A stretch of DNA of 64,000 bases from Candidatus Fimenecus sp. (GCA_045531435.1 JAZSDZ010000146.1:10156-74155); one strand, 5' to 3'. Counted from the stretch's first letter, positions 20,537-30,562 are shown. Program-made: numbers and translations. The notes: generated by a model from the sequence alone, not told the origin.

Positions 20537-21943
20537 TTACTTATTGTTTCTCGGTAAAACGACTATTATGGTTGTACCAACACCGATATCACTTTCAATA
20601 TTTAATTCACCTTTATGCAATTTGATTATTTCATCTGTAACTGCAAGACCGATACCACTACCACGAGCGCTATTATTAGCCTTATAAAATTTTTCTCTGA
20701 TTTTAGGTAAATCGTGTTTAGAAATACCACAACCATTATCTTTTATAGAAATAATAACATTATAATTATTAATTCTGAAATCAACTTTAACATACCCACC
20801 TTTGGAGGTATATTTGAAACTGTTATCAATTATATTGACAAAAGACTGTTTTAATCTGTTTTTATCACCATTAATTATAATGCTTTTATATGGGATGTCG
20901 ATTATCAAATCTATTCCTTCACGAGTGGAACGACTTTCAAATACCTCAAGAACTTCTTTTAACTCCTTAACTATATCAATCTGAGATGCCTTGAGTGAAA
21001 GCTTACCACTTTCCATTCTTGAAAAATCAAGCAACTCTTCAACAAGGTCGGATAATCTTTCAGATTCTTTAACGATAACATCAAGACCCTTATTAACAAG
21101 CTCCTCATCGTTTTGCGCGTATTTTATAGTTTCGCCCCAACCTTTAATAGCAGTCAAAGGAGTACGCAATTCATGGGAAACAGTGGAAATGAATTCATTT
21201 TTCATTCGTTCAGTTTCTCCGATTTCATATGCCATATTGTTTATCGTATCACATAACTGACCAATTTCATCATCGTACTTATGCTTTTCAATAGAAACAT
21301 CAAAATTACCTTTTGCAATTTTAGATGCTGTTTCATTAATTTTTCGTACAGGATTAATAATCGAATTTATAAAGAAGCCACCAGATGTAATAACGAAACA
21401 AATGACTATAATAAGTAAAAATCCAATCAATCCCCAGATTATATATATTTGCCTGTCAATGTCCTCAAGAGAGATAATGTATCTTATAGCACCATTTACA
21501 CCTTGTGCGTTTTCGGGAAGAATGTAGGTTAATGCCATAACTTTTTCATTGTTTTTCATTCTGCCTATCCATTCACCAACTCTATCATCTGATGATTTAG
21601 CGTAGTTGTAATCAGGATATGATTCACCTTTTACAGAAAATCCTGTGGATGAAACAACAACATTACCATTTTTGTCAATAACCCAGACTTCCATAACATT
21701 TTTATCTGAAAAATTATCAACAAATTTTTTTGCCATCTTATTGAACATTTCATCAGAAACAGTGGTCTGTGAAGTAAAATATGACATAACAAATGATGAT
21801 GCACGAGAGTGTAATGTCATACTGACTGAATCATAATACTGATTTTTAATAAAAGCACCTAAAAACACACCAATAGTAACAATGACAAGAATTGTACCTG
21901 CAAGAACAGTATAAGCCCAGCGTTTAACGATACTTTTCTTCAA
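20537..21943 (-). CDS. sensor histidine kinase (PhoR/WalK-like)
   Basis: Two TM segments around an extracytoplasmic loop, HAMP, H-box SHELRTPLT, HATPase N/G boxes. Confidence 0.85.
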   Translation of the reverse strand: MKKSIVKRWAYTVLAGTILVIVTIGVFLGAFIKNQYYDSVSMTLHSRASSFVMSYFTSQTTVSDEMFNKMAKKFVDNFSDKNVMEVWVIDKNGNVVVSSTGFSVKGESYPDYNYAKSSDDRVGEWIGRMKNNEKVMALTYILPENAQGVNGAIRYIISLEDIDRQIYIIWGLIGFLLIIVICFVITSGGFFINSIINPVRKINETASKIAKGNFDVSIEKHKYDDEIGQLCDTINNMAYEIGETERMKNEFISTVSHELRTPLTAIKGWGETIKYAQNDEELVNKGLDVIVKESERLSDLVEELLDFSRMESGKLSLKASQIDIVKELKEVLEVFESRSTREGIDLIIDIPYKSIIINGDKNRLKQSFVNIIDNSFKYTSKGGYVKVDFRINNYNVIISIKDNGCGISKHDLPKIREKFYKANNSARGSGIGLAVTDEIIKLHKGELNIESDIGVGTTIIVVLPRNNK

Positions 21944-21976
21944 TTCTTGTCACCACCTATAAAAATCAAATACAAA

Positions 21977-22681
21977 TTATACAATCCATTTATAACCCAT
22001 ACCCCAAACAGTAGTAAGGTGCTTAGGTTGTGAGGGTTCGTCTTCAATCTTATTCCTTAATCTATGAATATTTACATCAACTACTTTTTCATCTCCATAA
22101 TATGAATCTCCCCAAACAAATTTGAGAATTTTATTTCTTTCAAGAGCAACATTCGGATTAGAAAAGAAAAATTCAACAATCTGAAATTCAACCTGTGTCA
22201 ATTCAACAGGAATACCATTTTTAGTCAATGTATGACTCCTTAAATCAAGGACAAATTCATTTAAAGAAATTGCATTTTTCTCTCCACTATTATCTTCAGG
22301 CTCAGCAGTCAATGAAACTCGTCTATAGATTGCATCAATTCGTGCCATAAGTTCAGATGGAGAAAATGGTTTGGTAACATAATCATCTGCACCAACCATA
22401 AGACCTGTAACCTTATCCATTTCCTGTGTGCGAGCAGTAAGCATAACTATACCAATCCTGCTACTTTTAGTTCTTATGTATTTACAAACCTCTAAGCCAT
22501 CAATAATAGGCATTGTAATATCGAGAATTACAATGTCAATTTCGTTAATATGCTCATCAAATTTATTTATAGCATCTTCACCATTTACAGCTTCAATTAC
22601 TTCATATCCACTACGACGCAGATTAATAACAACAAAATCTCTGATTGAAGATTCGTCTTCTGCAATTAAAACATATTTCAT
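21977..22681 (-). CDS. OmpR-family response regulator
   Basis: Receiver domain (LIAEDE...DITMP) and winged-helix output (VWGMGYK). Start ATG 22679-22681 overlaps the upstream TGA (ATGA); AGGAG RBS. Confidence 0.9.
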   Translation of the reverse strand: MKYVLIAEDESSIRDFVVINLRRSGYEVIEAVNGEDAINKFDEHINEIDIVILDITMPIIDGLEVCKYIRTKSSRIGIVMLTARTQEMDKVTGLMVGADDYVTKPFSPSELMARIDAIYRRVSLTAEPEDNSGEKNAISLNEFVLDLRSHTLTKNGIPVELTQVEFQIVEFFFSNPNVALERNKILKFVWGDSYYGDEKVVDVNIHRLRNKIEDEPSQPKHLTTVWGMGYKWIV

Positions 22682-24060
22682 AAAAATAACTCCTGATTGA
22701 GAATACAAAAATTATTGTTGATAAAATCTTTATATTGTTCAGTATCTTCAGAAAAAATACGATATCCATATACAAAAGTATCATTTTTTACAATTCGAGA
22801 AAATTTTAAATTATTTTCATCCCATTCAGCTTCATAAAAAACCTTAATTGAGAACAATTCATTATTCAACAAGCTATCATCATTGATTGAAAAGAAAGTC
22901 AATGTATAATTACTATCATCATATATGGCAGATAGTGAATTTATCATGTAATCAGGGATAATAAACATATAACCAAATGAACTGTTTAAAAGGCATTTAA
23001 AGTCAACGGATAACTTGTTTTCATTAAATTCTGACCAAACAGTCAGATTAAGTTCAGAATTTTTGGTTTTATCCTCGGAAACCCTCATTCCATACGGCAA
23101 TACTTCTATAGTTGGAATCTCAATAATTCCATCATTATCAATATCGCAACAAAAAGTTCTTGATGCACGAAGTGTTACAGGTGTTTGAGATTTGTTCTGC
23201 TCATAAAAAGGTAATGAAATATTAAAAGATTTCTGGTCAACATCTATGATTTCAGTAACTACACCAATTTCGCTTATTGCACCATCAATAAAAATACGTG
23301 TATGTTTTTCATTATCAACATTAATAAAATCTGTGCAAATATTATAAATTTCAAGGAAACCTGTAATCGTTACGGTCTCATCAAATTTTAATGAATAATC
23401 ACTTTCAAACCCCATAAATCTTACAGTTGTTCGTTTATCGTTATCTAAAAGATTTATTTTGAAAATAGCAATCTCATTACAACCATCATCATTAAGGTCA
23501 TTTATATATAATTTTGTATATGATTCAGTCTTAAGTAAAGTGGTGGTAACGCCATCACAACAATAAGCTGACATTATCCTCTCATTACTTGTACCAAAAT
23601 CTGATGAATTAACATTATCATCAGCAATTCCTGTCCAACTAATGATAATTTCGGTAACATTATCACCATTTATATCTGCAAAATTGACTTCATATATTTC
23701 TTCATTTTTGCCTTTTATTTTAGAAATATTTTTCCACTCACCATTTGTTTTCTTGAATACACTTGCACAGGCAAATGAATCCACTATTGGATTTGAGTAA
23801 AAAACAATAGCCTCTTGTTCACCATCATTTTCTAAATCAAAAAACAAATACGAAGAACGATACTGACCACTTAATGGTGTTTTCATTACAATGCCATTAC
23901 TATCAGCAAATGATTGTTCAAAAGCCTTCTGTAAAAGACTACTTTCTCCGCTAAGTTTAGGAGGTCTCATCAAACCTTCGATTGAAGAAAGATTATATTC
24001 ACAACTTGAGAACGACAGACAAATGACCAAAATCAATAAAATAGATAATATTTTTTTCAT
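22678..24060 (-). CDS. lipoprotein with four DxNxDGxxE (FG-GAP/VCBS-like) repeats, function unknown
   Basis: Signal peptide MKKILSILLILVICLSFSSC. Start set to ATG 24060 with a GAGGTGA RBS. Repeats: DLENDGEQE, DINGDNVTE, DLNDDGCNE, DIDNDGIIE. Confidence 0.6.
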   Translation of the reverse strand: MKKILSILLILVICLSFSSCEYNLSSIEGLMRPPKLSGESSLLQKAFEQSFADSNGIVMKTPLSGQYRSSYLFFDLENDGEQEAIVFYSNPIVDSFACASVFKKTNGEWKNISKIKGKNEEIYEVNFADINGDNVTEIIISWTGIADDNVNSSDFGTSNERIMSAYCCDGVTTTLLKTESYTKLYINDLNDDGCNEIAIFKINLLDNDKRTTVRFMGFESDYSLKFDETVTITGFLEIYNICTDFINVDNEKHTRIFIDGAISEIGVVTEIIDVDQKSFNISLPFYEQNKSQTPVTLRASRTFCCDIDNDGIIEIPTIEVLPYGMRVSEDKTKNSELNLTVWSEFNENKLSVDFKCLLNSSFGYMFIIPDYMINSLSAIYDDSNYTLTFFSINDDSLLNNELFSIKVFYEAEWDENNLKFSRIVKNDTFVYGYRIFSEDTEQYKDFINNNFCILNQELFL

Positions 24061-24081
24061 TATATCTGTCACCTCACTTTT

Positions 24082-25392
24082 TTAGTTTAATGGTTTTACT
24101 TTTACTTTAACATCATATCTTCCTACTGACCAACAAGGGTAATCACCAGAAACCACAACAATGCCTTGTACTACAGTGGTATTCTCTGTAATTTCTTGTT
24201 CTACTGTATCTACAACAAGTGAAAGATTATCTGATGTAATACTGTCAATATATTCCTCTGTACCAACTATCTTTACTGCAATATCTTTATCGTTGACTGA
24301 AGTTACACTGAAATCATCGCGATTATTTCTGATTAAAATTTTATCAGATGGAATCATAACTGTTTTTGATACCATCTTTGAAGCATCAATTTTCACACTG
24401 AAACCTGTAACACCATTAAGAATCTTAAACGAGTTATTTGCAGGATTAACATCAATGTTAAATGTATTTATACTACTTGAAATATCATTGAAATCGATTG
24501 TATCTACTATATAATATTCTGTTGTTTCAATCATATCAACAGGCACAGCAACTTTAACAGTCGAAGGAAAAATTGTATATGAAAGAGGATTGTTTATAAA
24601 GTATGATGGAGCATTTCTAAACTGAATTGCTGTCGGTAATGTCACTTCCTTTAACACAGGAATTGTGACTGTAATATTAGGGTCATCAGTAACGATTTTT
24701 ACATACTCTAATGAAGAACCATCATTTGTATTAATCTTAAGAACAGGATCAAATGCTGTTGTCTTTTCAAGAATTTTATCTACGGAAATATTAGCTGAAA
24801 CACTTGATACCTTATTTACCTCTGTTGTAGGACCACATACAAGAACTGTATTCTTTGAAAGTACAGTATCACCAGAAATACAGCCATCAGGTACAATTGA
24901 TGGTAGTTCAGTATTGATTTCACCAACTAATGGAAATTCAATTTCTTTATATGTATCAAAATAAACTTCAACATAATTAGTCGAATACGAAGAAATTGTA
25001 TATTCAGAATTACTGTCCTTAGGTGTAACTTTTAACTGAAGTGTTTTGATACCAGAGCCATCTACATAATTTGTATTGGCAACAACATCAATATCGTCAG
25101 CATCTAATGAAGAAGTGATATATTTTTTGCCTTTTACTGTTACATCAATGGTGAATTCAGAGTTACCAAAAACCTGCAATCCAAGTTGTTCCGGTACACT
25201 GTTTTCAAGATTAATCTGAACAGGAACTCCGGAAATGACTTTCTGAGTTTCAGGACTTTTTTCTATTGCAACCCACATCCATAAAACAAATGCAATTACA
25301 AAAGAAATTATTAATATAAATCGTTTATCTTCTAATAAATCAGAAAACGAAAACTTTTTCTTGTTTGGGGATTTTGTGCTATTCTGATTCAT
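24082..25392 (-). CDS. cdaR: YbbR-domain protein, CdaA regulator
   Basis: N-terminal TM then repeated YbbR-like beta modules; immediately downstream of cdaA. Confidence 0.75.
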   Translation of the reverse strand: MNQNSTKSPNKKKFSFSDLLEDKRFILIISFVIAFVLWMWVAIEKSPETQKVISGVPVQINLENSVPEQLGLQVFGNSEFTIDVTVKGKKYITSSLDADDIDVVANTNYVDGSGIKTLQLKVTPKDSNSEYTISSYSTNYVEVYFDTYKEIEFPLVGEINTELPSIVPDGCISGDTVLSKNTVLVCGPTTEVNKVSSVSANISVDKILEKTTAFDPVLKINTNDGSSLEYVKIVTDDPNITVTIPVLKEVTLPTAIQFRNAPSYFINNPLSYTIFPSTVKVAVPVDMIETTEYYIVDTIDFNDISSSINTFNIDVNPANNSFKILNGVTGFSVKIDASKMVSKTVMIPSDKILIRNNRDDFSVTSVNDKDIAVKIVGTEEYIDSITSDNLSLVVDTVEQEITENTTVVQGIVVVSGDYPCWSVGRYDVKVKVKPLN

Positions 25393-25394
25393 TC

Positions 25395-26264
25395 TTAATT
25401 ACCTCTAAATATTTTCTTAATTTTATTACTTTCTTTATCATTTTCTTTAACAATTGTTTTCGTCAAAAACTCACGCAGGTCACCACCTGAAATATTACGG
25501 TTAAGACGACCTTTCTCTGAAATTGAAATCTGACCTGTTTCTTCAGACACGACCACAACAATAGCATCAGTTGATTCAGTCATTCCTATCGCAGCTCTAT
25601 GTCTTGTACCAAGTTCGCTACTAAGTTCTTTTTTGCTTGTTAACGGAAGAATACAACCTGCTGAAACGACCCTACCCTCTTTAATTACAACAGCACCATC
25701 ATGCATTGGTGCTTTTGGGAAAAAAATGTTACAAATCAATTCTGTTGTAACATTTGCATCAAGAGTAGTGCCTGTCTTTGAAATTTCTCCAAGCAATGTT
25801 TCTCTTTCAAAAACTATCAATGCACCTATCTGCTTATCACTTAAATCAGTACAAGCTTTACAAACCGCATTAATAGAGTTTTTTACAGATTCCTGAATTG
25901 CATTTTCATCACGGTTCTTTAAATTAAAAAGGCTTAGATTTGAAACTGAACTTCTACCGACATTTTCAAGAGCCTGACGAATTTCAGGTGAGAAAATAAT
26001 CACAAGAATAATAAACAAATTACCAAACAAAAGACTTAAAAGATACTTGCTTGCTTCCATATTGAAAATAGACACCATAAAATAAACTGCAGCAAGTAAA
26101 ATAACACCTTTAACAAGCTGAAATGCACGGGTATCCTTAATAAGCTTAATACCACTATAAATAACAAATGCTACAAGTAAAACATCAAAAATATCTCCGA
26201 TTGAATTAAAAGAAATAATTGCTCTTTTAATCTGATCAAAATAAACGCCAAAATTTTCAAACAT
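25395..26264 (-). CDS. cdaA: diadenylate cyclase (c-di-AMP synthase)
   Basis: Three N-terminal TM segments, DAC-domain motifs DGAVV and GTRHRAA. Start set to ATG 26264 (GGTGAG RBS). Confidence 0.85.
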   Translation of the reverse strand: MFENFGVYFDQIKRAIISFNSIGDIFDVLLVAFVIYSGIKLIKDTRAFQLVKGVILLAAVYFMVSIFNMEASKYLLSLLFGNLFIILVIIFSPEIRQALENVGRSSVSNLSLFNLKNRDENAIQESVKNSINAVCKACTDLSDKQIGALIVFERETLLGEISKTGTTLDANVTTELICNIFFPKAPMHDGAVVIKEGRVVSAGCILPLTSKKELSSELGTRHRAAIGMTESTDAIVVVVSEETGQISISEKGRLNRNISGGDLREFLTKTIVKENDKESNKIKKIFRGN

Positions 26265-26291
26265 AATTATCTCACCTATTTCTATAAAAAA

Positions 26292-26307
26292 ATACAATAT
26301 ATTGTAA
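26292..26307. promoter_or_regulatory. palindromic operator-like box 1 (ATACAATATATTGTAA; 14-bp perfect palindrome core)
   Basis: TACAATATATTGTA at 26293-26306 is self-complementary. It lies ~30 bp upstream of the cdaA start. Confidence 0.45.
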
Positions 26308-26350
26308 AATTTTCGTAAATAAACAGTAAATTACATACGAATATACATAT

Positions 26351-26366
26351 TCACAATATATTGTAT
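26351..26366. promoter_or_regulatory. palindromic operator-like box 2 (TCACAATATATTGTAT; 12-bp perfect palindrome core)
   Basis: ACAATATATTGT at 26353-26364 is identical to the core of box 1, 59 bp away centre to centre. Confidence 0.45.
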
Positions 26367-26377
26367 CACAACTTATT

Positions 26378-27520
26378 TTATTTTGCAATTTTTCTTAAAG
26401 AATTTATTAATAAATCTATATCACTTTTTTTAGTAAATATTGACGGAGAAATGCGAACTGTACCGGTTTTATCCGTATTATAACTTTTATGCGCTAATGG
26501 AGCACAGTGATACCCTGCTCTTACTGCAATATTATCTTCGGCGAGTTTTTGTGCAACTTCTTCACTATGCATATTTTTAACAATGAAAGAAATAATCGGA
26601 GCAAGTTTTTTTGTGGTATCAAGCATATTTGTATAGAAAATAATATTTTTATTACTTCTCATTGATGATTGAAAATATTTTAGAAGATTTCTATCGTGAA
26701 TATATGCTTGATTAGGATAAAATAAATTTAGATATTCAATAGCATTATAAAGCCCGATTATTCCAACAATATTTTGTGTACCGCTTTCAAATCTGTCCGG
26801 GTAAATCAATGGTTGATTAGACTCCCACGAATTGCTGCCTGTGCCACCTTCAATAATTGTATTTAATACTGACTCATTATTGATAAGCAATAGACCTGTA
26901 CCTGTTGGTCCGTATAAGCCTTTATGACCTGAACAACACATAATATCAATATTTGATTTTTCAATATTTAATGGAATAATCCCTGCAATCTGAGAATAAT
27001 CAAGAATAAATAATTTATTATATCTGTGGGCAAGTGATGATATTTCTTTATAAGGCGGAATAATTCCAAACACATTTGACGCACCTGTACAGATTATTGC
27101 AACAGTATTATCTCTGATATTTTTCTCAAAATTTTTTAGAGTTGTATATAAATCTTCATCTATATTAGCTACTGTGTAATCACATATTCCATTCTGTTTT
27201 AAGGACTCTAATGGTCTGACTATAGCATTGTGTTCTAAATTTGAAATAATAAAATGACTACCTTTTTTTGCAACTCCTTTTATTGCCATATTCAACGCTG
27301 TTGTACAATTATGAGTAAAAATAACATTTTCAACTTTTGGTAACTTAAAATAATGAGAAATTACTTTTCTACATTTATATATCTGCTCTGTGGTATCTAC
27401 AGCCATTTTATAAGTACCTCGACCAGAATTAGCACCATAATAGGTCATAGCATTTTTCATCCCATCAATTACACACTGTGGTTTAGGATAAGATGTTGCG
27501 CTATTATCTAAATATATCAT
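26378..27520 (-). CDS. class V aminotransferase-fold cysteine desulfurase / selenocysteine lyase family
   Basis: MIYLDNSATSYPKP N-terminus, PLP Lys in SGHKGL, C-terminal RAGYHCAP active-site Cys. Confidence 0.8.
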   Translation of the reverse strand: MIYLDNSATSYPKPQCVIDGMKNAMTYYGANSGRGTYKMAVDTTEQIYKCRKVISHYFKLPKVENVIFTHNCTTALNMAIKGVAKKGSHFIISNLEHNAIVRPLESLKQNGICDYTVANIDEDLYTTLKNFEKNIRDNTVAIICTGASNVFGIIPPYKEISSLAHRYNKLFILDYSQIAGIIPLNIEKSNIDIMCCSGHKGLYGPTGTGLLLINNESVLNTIIEGGTGSNSWESNQPLIYPDRFESGTQNIVGIIGLYNAIEYLNLFYPNQAYIHDRNLLKYFQSSMRSNKNIIFYTNMLDTTKKLAPIISFIVKNMHSEEVAQKLAEDNIAVRAGYHCAPLAHKSYNTDKTGTVRISPSIFTKKSDIDLLINSLRKIAK

Positions 27521-27744
27521 AGGAAAACATATCCCATATATTTTATCTTATTGATTTTGATGAGATTTATCAATTTTTCTGTATCACCTGTTGCTACAAC
27601 AACATATCCACAACCTGTGTTTTTAGAACTGTCAGATGTTCTTGTTATTATTGCTTTTCCTCCGTTTTCTTGAATTAGTTCTTTTGTTCGTAATGCATGA
27701 GTAACGGAATTAAATTTAATTTTTACTTTATTCAATTTTATCAC
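27517..27744 (-). CDS. DUF3343-like small protein (putative S/Se carrier)
   Basis: 75 aa with a single GC motif; its stop overlaps the desulfurase start (ATGA). The track start is a GTG; an alternative TTG at 27735 follows GGGTGA. Confidence 0.55.
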   Translation of the reverse strand: MIKLNKVKIKFNSVTHALRTKELIQENGGKAIITRTSDSSKNTGCGYVVVATGDTEKLINLIKINKIKYMGYVFL

Positions 27745-27774
27745 CCATTACATTTTATGAAAATATAATTCATT

Positions 27775-27812
27775 TGATAAAAATGCTCGTCAGGAAATCT
27801 ATCCTAACGAGC
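27775..27812 (-). terminator. intrinsic terminator after ispF
   Basis: 11-bp stem (27785-27795 / 27802-27812, one mismatch) followed on the minus strand by ATTTTTATC. Confidence 0.6.
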
Positions 27813-27818
27813 AAAGTA

Positions 27819-28316
27819 TTATATAAATTTAATTCTATCTTTTTGTTCAATAAGACATACACAATGTGCAGAAATACCCTCTTTAGCACCTGTAAATCCA
27901 AGTTTTTCTTCAGTTGTGGCTTTTACACTGACACAATCAACTCCAACACCTAATGCACATGCTATATTTTCTCGCATATTATCAATATATGGTGCGAGTT
28001 TTGGTGCCTGAGCAATAACAGTGGCATCAATATTGTTAATCTTAAAGCCTTTTAATACTATAAGCTCAACAACTTTTTTAAGTAACTCAAGACTGTCAGC
28101 ACCCTTAAAGGCATCATCGGTATCAGGGAAATGCTTACCAATATCACCTAATGCACAAGCACCAAGCAGGGAGTCGGAAATTGCGTGAAGAAGCACATCT
28201 GCATCAGAATGACCTAAAAGACCGATTCCGTTGTTTTCAATTTCAACGCCACCTAAAATAAGCTTTCTGTCCTCAACTAATTTATGAACATCATATCCGT
28301 GACCGATTCTAAGCAT
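27819..28316 (-). CDS. ispF: 2-C-methyl-D-erythritol 2,4-cyclodiphosphate synthase
   Basis: [20 protein letters not shown] motifs. Confidence 0.9.
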   Translation of the reverse strand: MLRIGHGYDVHKLVEDRKLILGGVEIENNGIGLLGHSDADVLLHAISDSLLGACALGDIGKHFPDTDDAFKGADSLELLKKVVELIVLKGFKINNIDATVIAQAPKLAPYIDNMRENIACALGVGVDCVSVKATTEEKLGFTGAKEGISAHCVCLIEQKDRIKFI

Positions 28317-29028
28317 TATTATCCCTCCTTCTATTAAGGTAATTCAATGCTAACTCAACATCCTCAGGAGTTGTGATTTTAATATTTTCATAATCACCAT
28401 CAACAAATTTTACAGTTTTGCCATAAGTTTCAATTAACATACAATCATCAGTAAAATCCTTACTGTTTTCAACTGTATTTACAGCATCAAGATATAGTGT
28501 TTTTTCGAAAATCTGTGGTGTCTGAATAAAACGAAGATATGCTCTGTCAGGCGTTGCAATAATATCATCATTGTTATTAACTTGTTTTACAGTATCTTTA
28601 ACCTTAACACCTGTTGCAGCAGCACCAAATTCAAAAGCCTTACGCAAAGTGTCAAAAATAACCTTTTCAGTAAGAAGAGGTCTTGCACCGTCGTGAATAG
28701 CAACAAAATCAGCATTATCACTTGTTGCAACAACGCCGTTATATACACTTAACTGTCTTGTTTCTCCGCCCTTTACAATATTTGAAACCTTTTTAAAGTC
28801 ATATTCTGAAACAAGATTTTTAATACTTTCAATATCACATTCACGTGTTACAACAACAATTTCATCAATCAAATTTGATGCTTCAAACACCTTGATTGTA
28901 TAAGCAATAACAGGAATGTTATTTATTTTAAGAAATTGCTTATTTATTCCACCCATTCGTGATGAATTACCTGCCGAAACAATTACGGCAGAAACAAAAC
29001 TATTCTTTTTTACCGTATTGTCTGACAT
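28309..29028 (-). CDS. ispD: 2-C-methyl-D-erythritol 4-phosphate cytidylyltransferase
   Basis: [12 protein letters not shown] motif. Start set to ATG 29028 (AAGGTGA RBS). Confidence 0.9.
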   Translation of the reverse strand: MSDNTVKKNSFVSAVIVSAGNSSRMGGINKQFLKINNIPVIAYTIKVFEASNLIDEIVVVTRECDIESIKNLVSEYDFKKVSNIVKGGETRQLSVYNGVVATSDNADFVAIHDGARPLLTEKVIFDTLRKAFEFGAAATGVKVKDTVKQVNNNDDIIATPDRAYLRFIQTPQIFEKTLYLDAVNTVENSKDFTDDCMLIETYGKTVKFVDGDYENIKITTPEDVELALNYLNRRRDNNA

Positions 29029-29038
29029 TTCAATCACC

Positions 29039-30307
29039 TTATATTAATGCTTCAACTGCAGCAAGCTTTGCACAAAGGCAGAATACTTCCATTGCTTTTC
29101 TTAAATCTTCAACAGATGGGAATGTTGGAGCAATTCTGATATTTTTATCTTCAGGGTCAAAACCATAAGGATAAGTTGCACCAACTGTTGTAAGCACAAG
29201 TCCTGCACACTTACAAAGCTCACCGATTCTCTTTGCACTACAGTCGATTGTATTATAACTGATAAAGTAGCCACCCTTTGCCTTTACCCATTCACCAATA
29301 CCTAAAGGAGCAATTTCTTTTTCGAGCATTTCGAGTACGAGGTTGAATTTAGGTGCGATAATTGCCGCGTGTTTATCCATATGAGACTTAACTCCGTCAA
29401 GATTTTTGAAATACTTAACGTGACGAAGCTGATTTAATTTATCATAACTAATTGTCTGGAAATTAAGTCTTTTCTTAATTTCTGCAATATTGTTGTCAGA
29501 TGCTGCAATTGCAGACACACCTGCACCGGGAAATGAGATTTTTGAAGTTGATGTAAATTCAACAAAATAATCTTCTGTACCGAATTCCTTACAAGCATCA
29601 AAGATGTTCATAAGAACGTCAGGAGTGTCAGTCAATTCGTGAATAATATATGCATTGTCCCAGATTACTCTAAAATCCTTTGCAGCAGGTTTTAAAGAAG
29701 CAAGTGCTTTGACAACATCATCACTGTATGTTACACCGTTTGGATTTGAGTATTTTGGCACGCAGAACATACCCTTAACCATAGGGTCCTTAACAAGTTC
29801 TGCAATCTTTTCAACATCAGGACCTTCGTTAGTCATTTCAACTGAAATCATATCTATTCCGAAATATTCAGTAATTGCAAAGTGTCTGTCATAACCGGGA
29901 ACATTACAGATAAACTTGACTTTCCCCTTTTTACTCCAAGGCTCACATCCGCCAACACCCATAAACATACACTGATTAAGGTAATCGTACATAAGGTTAA
30001 GGCTTGATGAACCTCCGATAATGATATTTTTTGTATCTACCTGAAGTAAATCTGCAAAAAGTTTTTTACATTCAGGAATACCGTCAAGGACACCATAGTT
30101 ACGACAATCAAAACCGTTTTCAGTTTTGCAATCTTCTGCTGTTGTCATAACATTAAGCATATCAACAGACAAATCAAGCTGGTCTTCCCCTGGCTTACCA
30201 CGGGACATATCAAGAGAAAGTCCTTGATTCTTAACTTCATCATATTTTGCTGTCAATTCATTCTTAAGAGCTGTAAGCTGTTCTTTGCTCATTTCCTTTA
30301 AAAACAT
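29039..30307 (-). CDS. PLP-dependent aminotransferase (class I/II fold)
   Basis: 422 aa with SRGKP and STSK (PLP Lys) motifs; GGAGG RBS. Confidence 0.7.
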   Translation of the reverse strand: MFLKEMSKEQLTALKNELTAKYDEVKNQGLSLDMSRGKPGEDQLDLSVDMLNVMTTAEDCKTENGFDCRNYGVLDGIPECKKLFADLLQVDTKNIIIGGSSSLNLMYDYLNQCMFMGVGGCEPWSKKGKVKFICNVPGYDRHFAITEYFGIDMISVEMTNEGPDVEKIAELVKDPMVKGMFCVPKYSNPNGVTYSDDVVKALASLKPAAKDFRVIWDNAYIIHELTDTPDVLMNIFDACKEFGTEDYFVEFTSTSKISFPGAGVSAIAASDNNIAEIKKRLNFQTISYDKLNQLRHVKYFKNLDGVKSHMDKHAAIIAPKFNLVLEMLEKEIAPLGIGEWVKAKGGYFISYNTIDCSAKRIGELCKCAGLVLTTVGATYPYGFDPEDKNIRIAPTFPSVEDLRKAMEVFCLCAKLAAVEALI

Positions 30308-30527
30308 TGGATAAACCTCCGAAAGTATAATTCGAGTTTATATTTTATAGTATATTCATAAATTTTGCAAGTGAATATTAAAAAAACTGCATTTTAATCA
30401 AATACACGAAAAAAATCGCCTTAAATTTGAATAATTTGACAACAAATTTTGCATTTATTAATAATATCATACAATTTATTGAGAACACGTAGTGAGTGTA
30501 CGTATTTATTCCACAATAATTAATCTT

Positions 30528-30562
30528 AATAAAAAGTAGGGGTCGATGCACTTCATCGACCC
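30528..30562 (-). terminator. strong intrinsic terminator
   Basis: 9-bp GC-rich stem GGGTCGATG/CATCGACCC (30540-30548 / 30554-30562), 5-nt loop, then TACTTTTTATT on the minus strand. Confidence 0.65.

Noticed and set aside
20088-20687. 199-aa plus-strand ORF spanning the DUF1385 / histidine kinase junction.
   Set aside because: It is antisense to two well-supported minus-strand genes, has a low-complexity Ser/Ile/Phe-rich translation typical of shadow ORFs in AT-rich DNA, and has no RBS.
24161-24964. Plus-strand ORFs of 117 and 99 aa inside cdaR.
   Set aside because: These are antisense shadow ORFs with a Ser/Thr/Ile-rich composition and no RBS or promoter.
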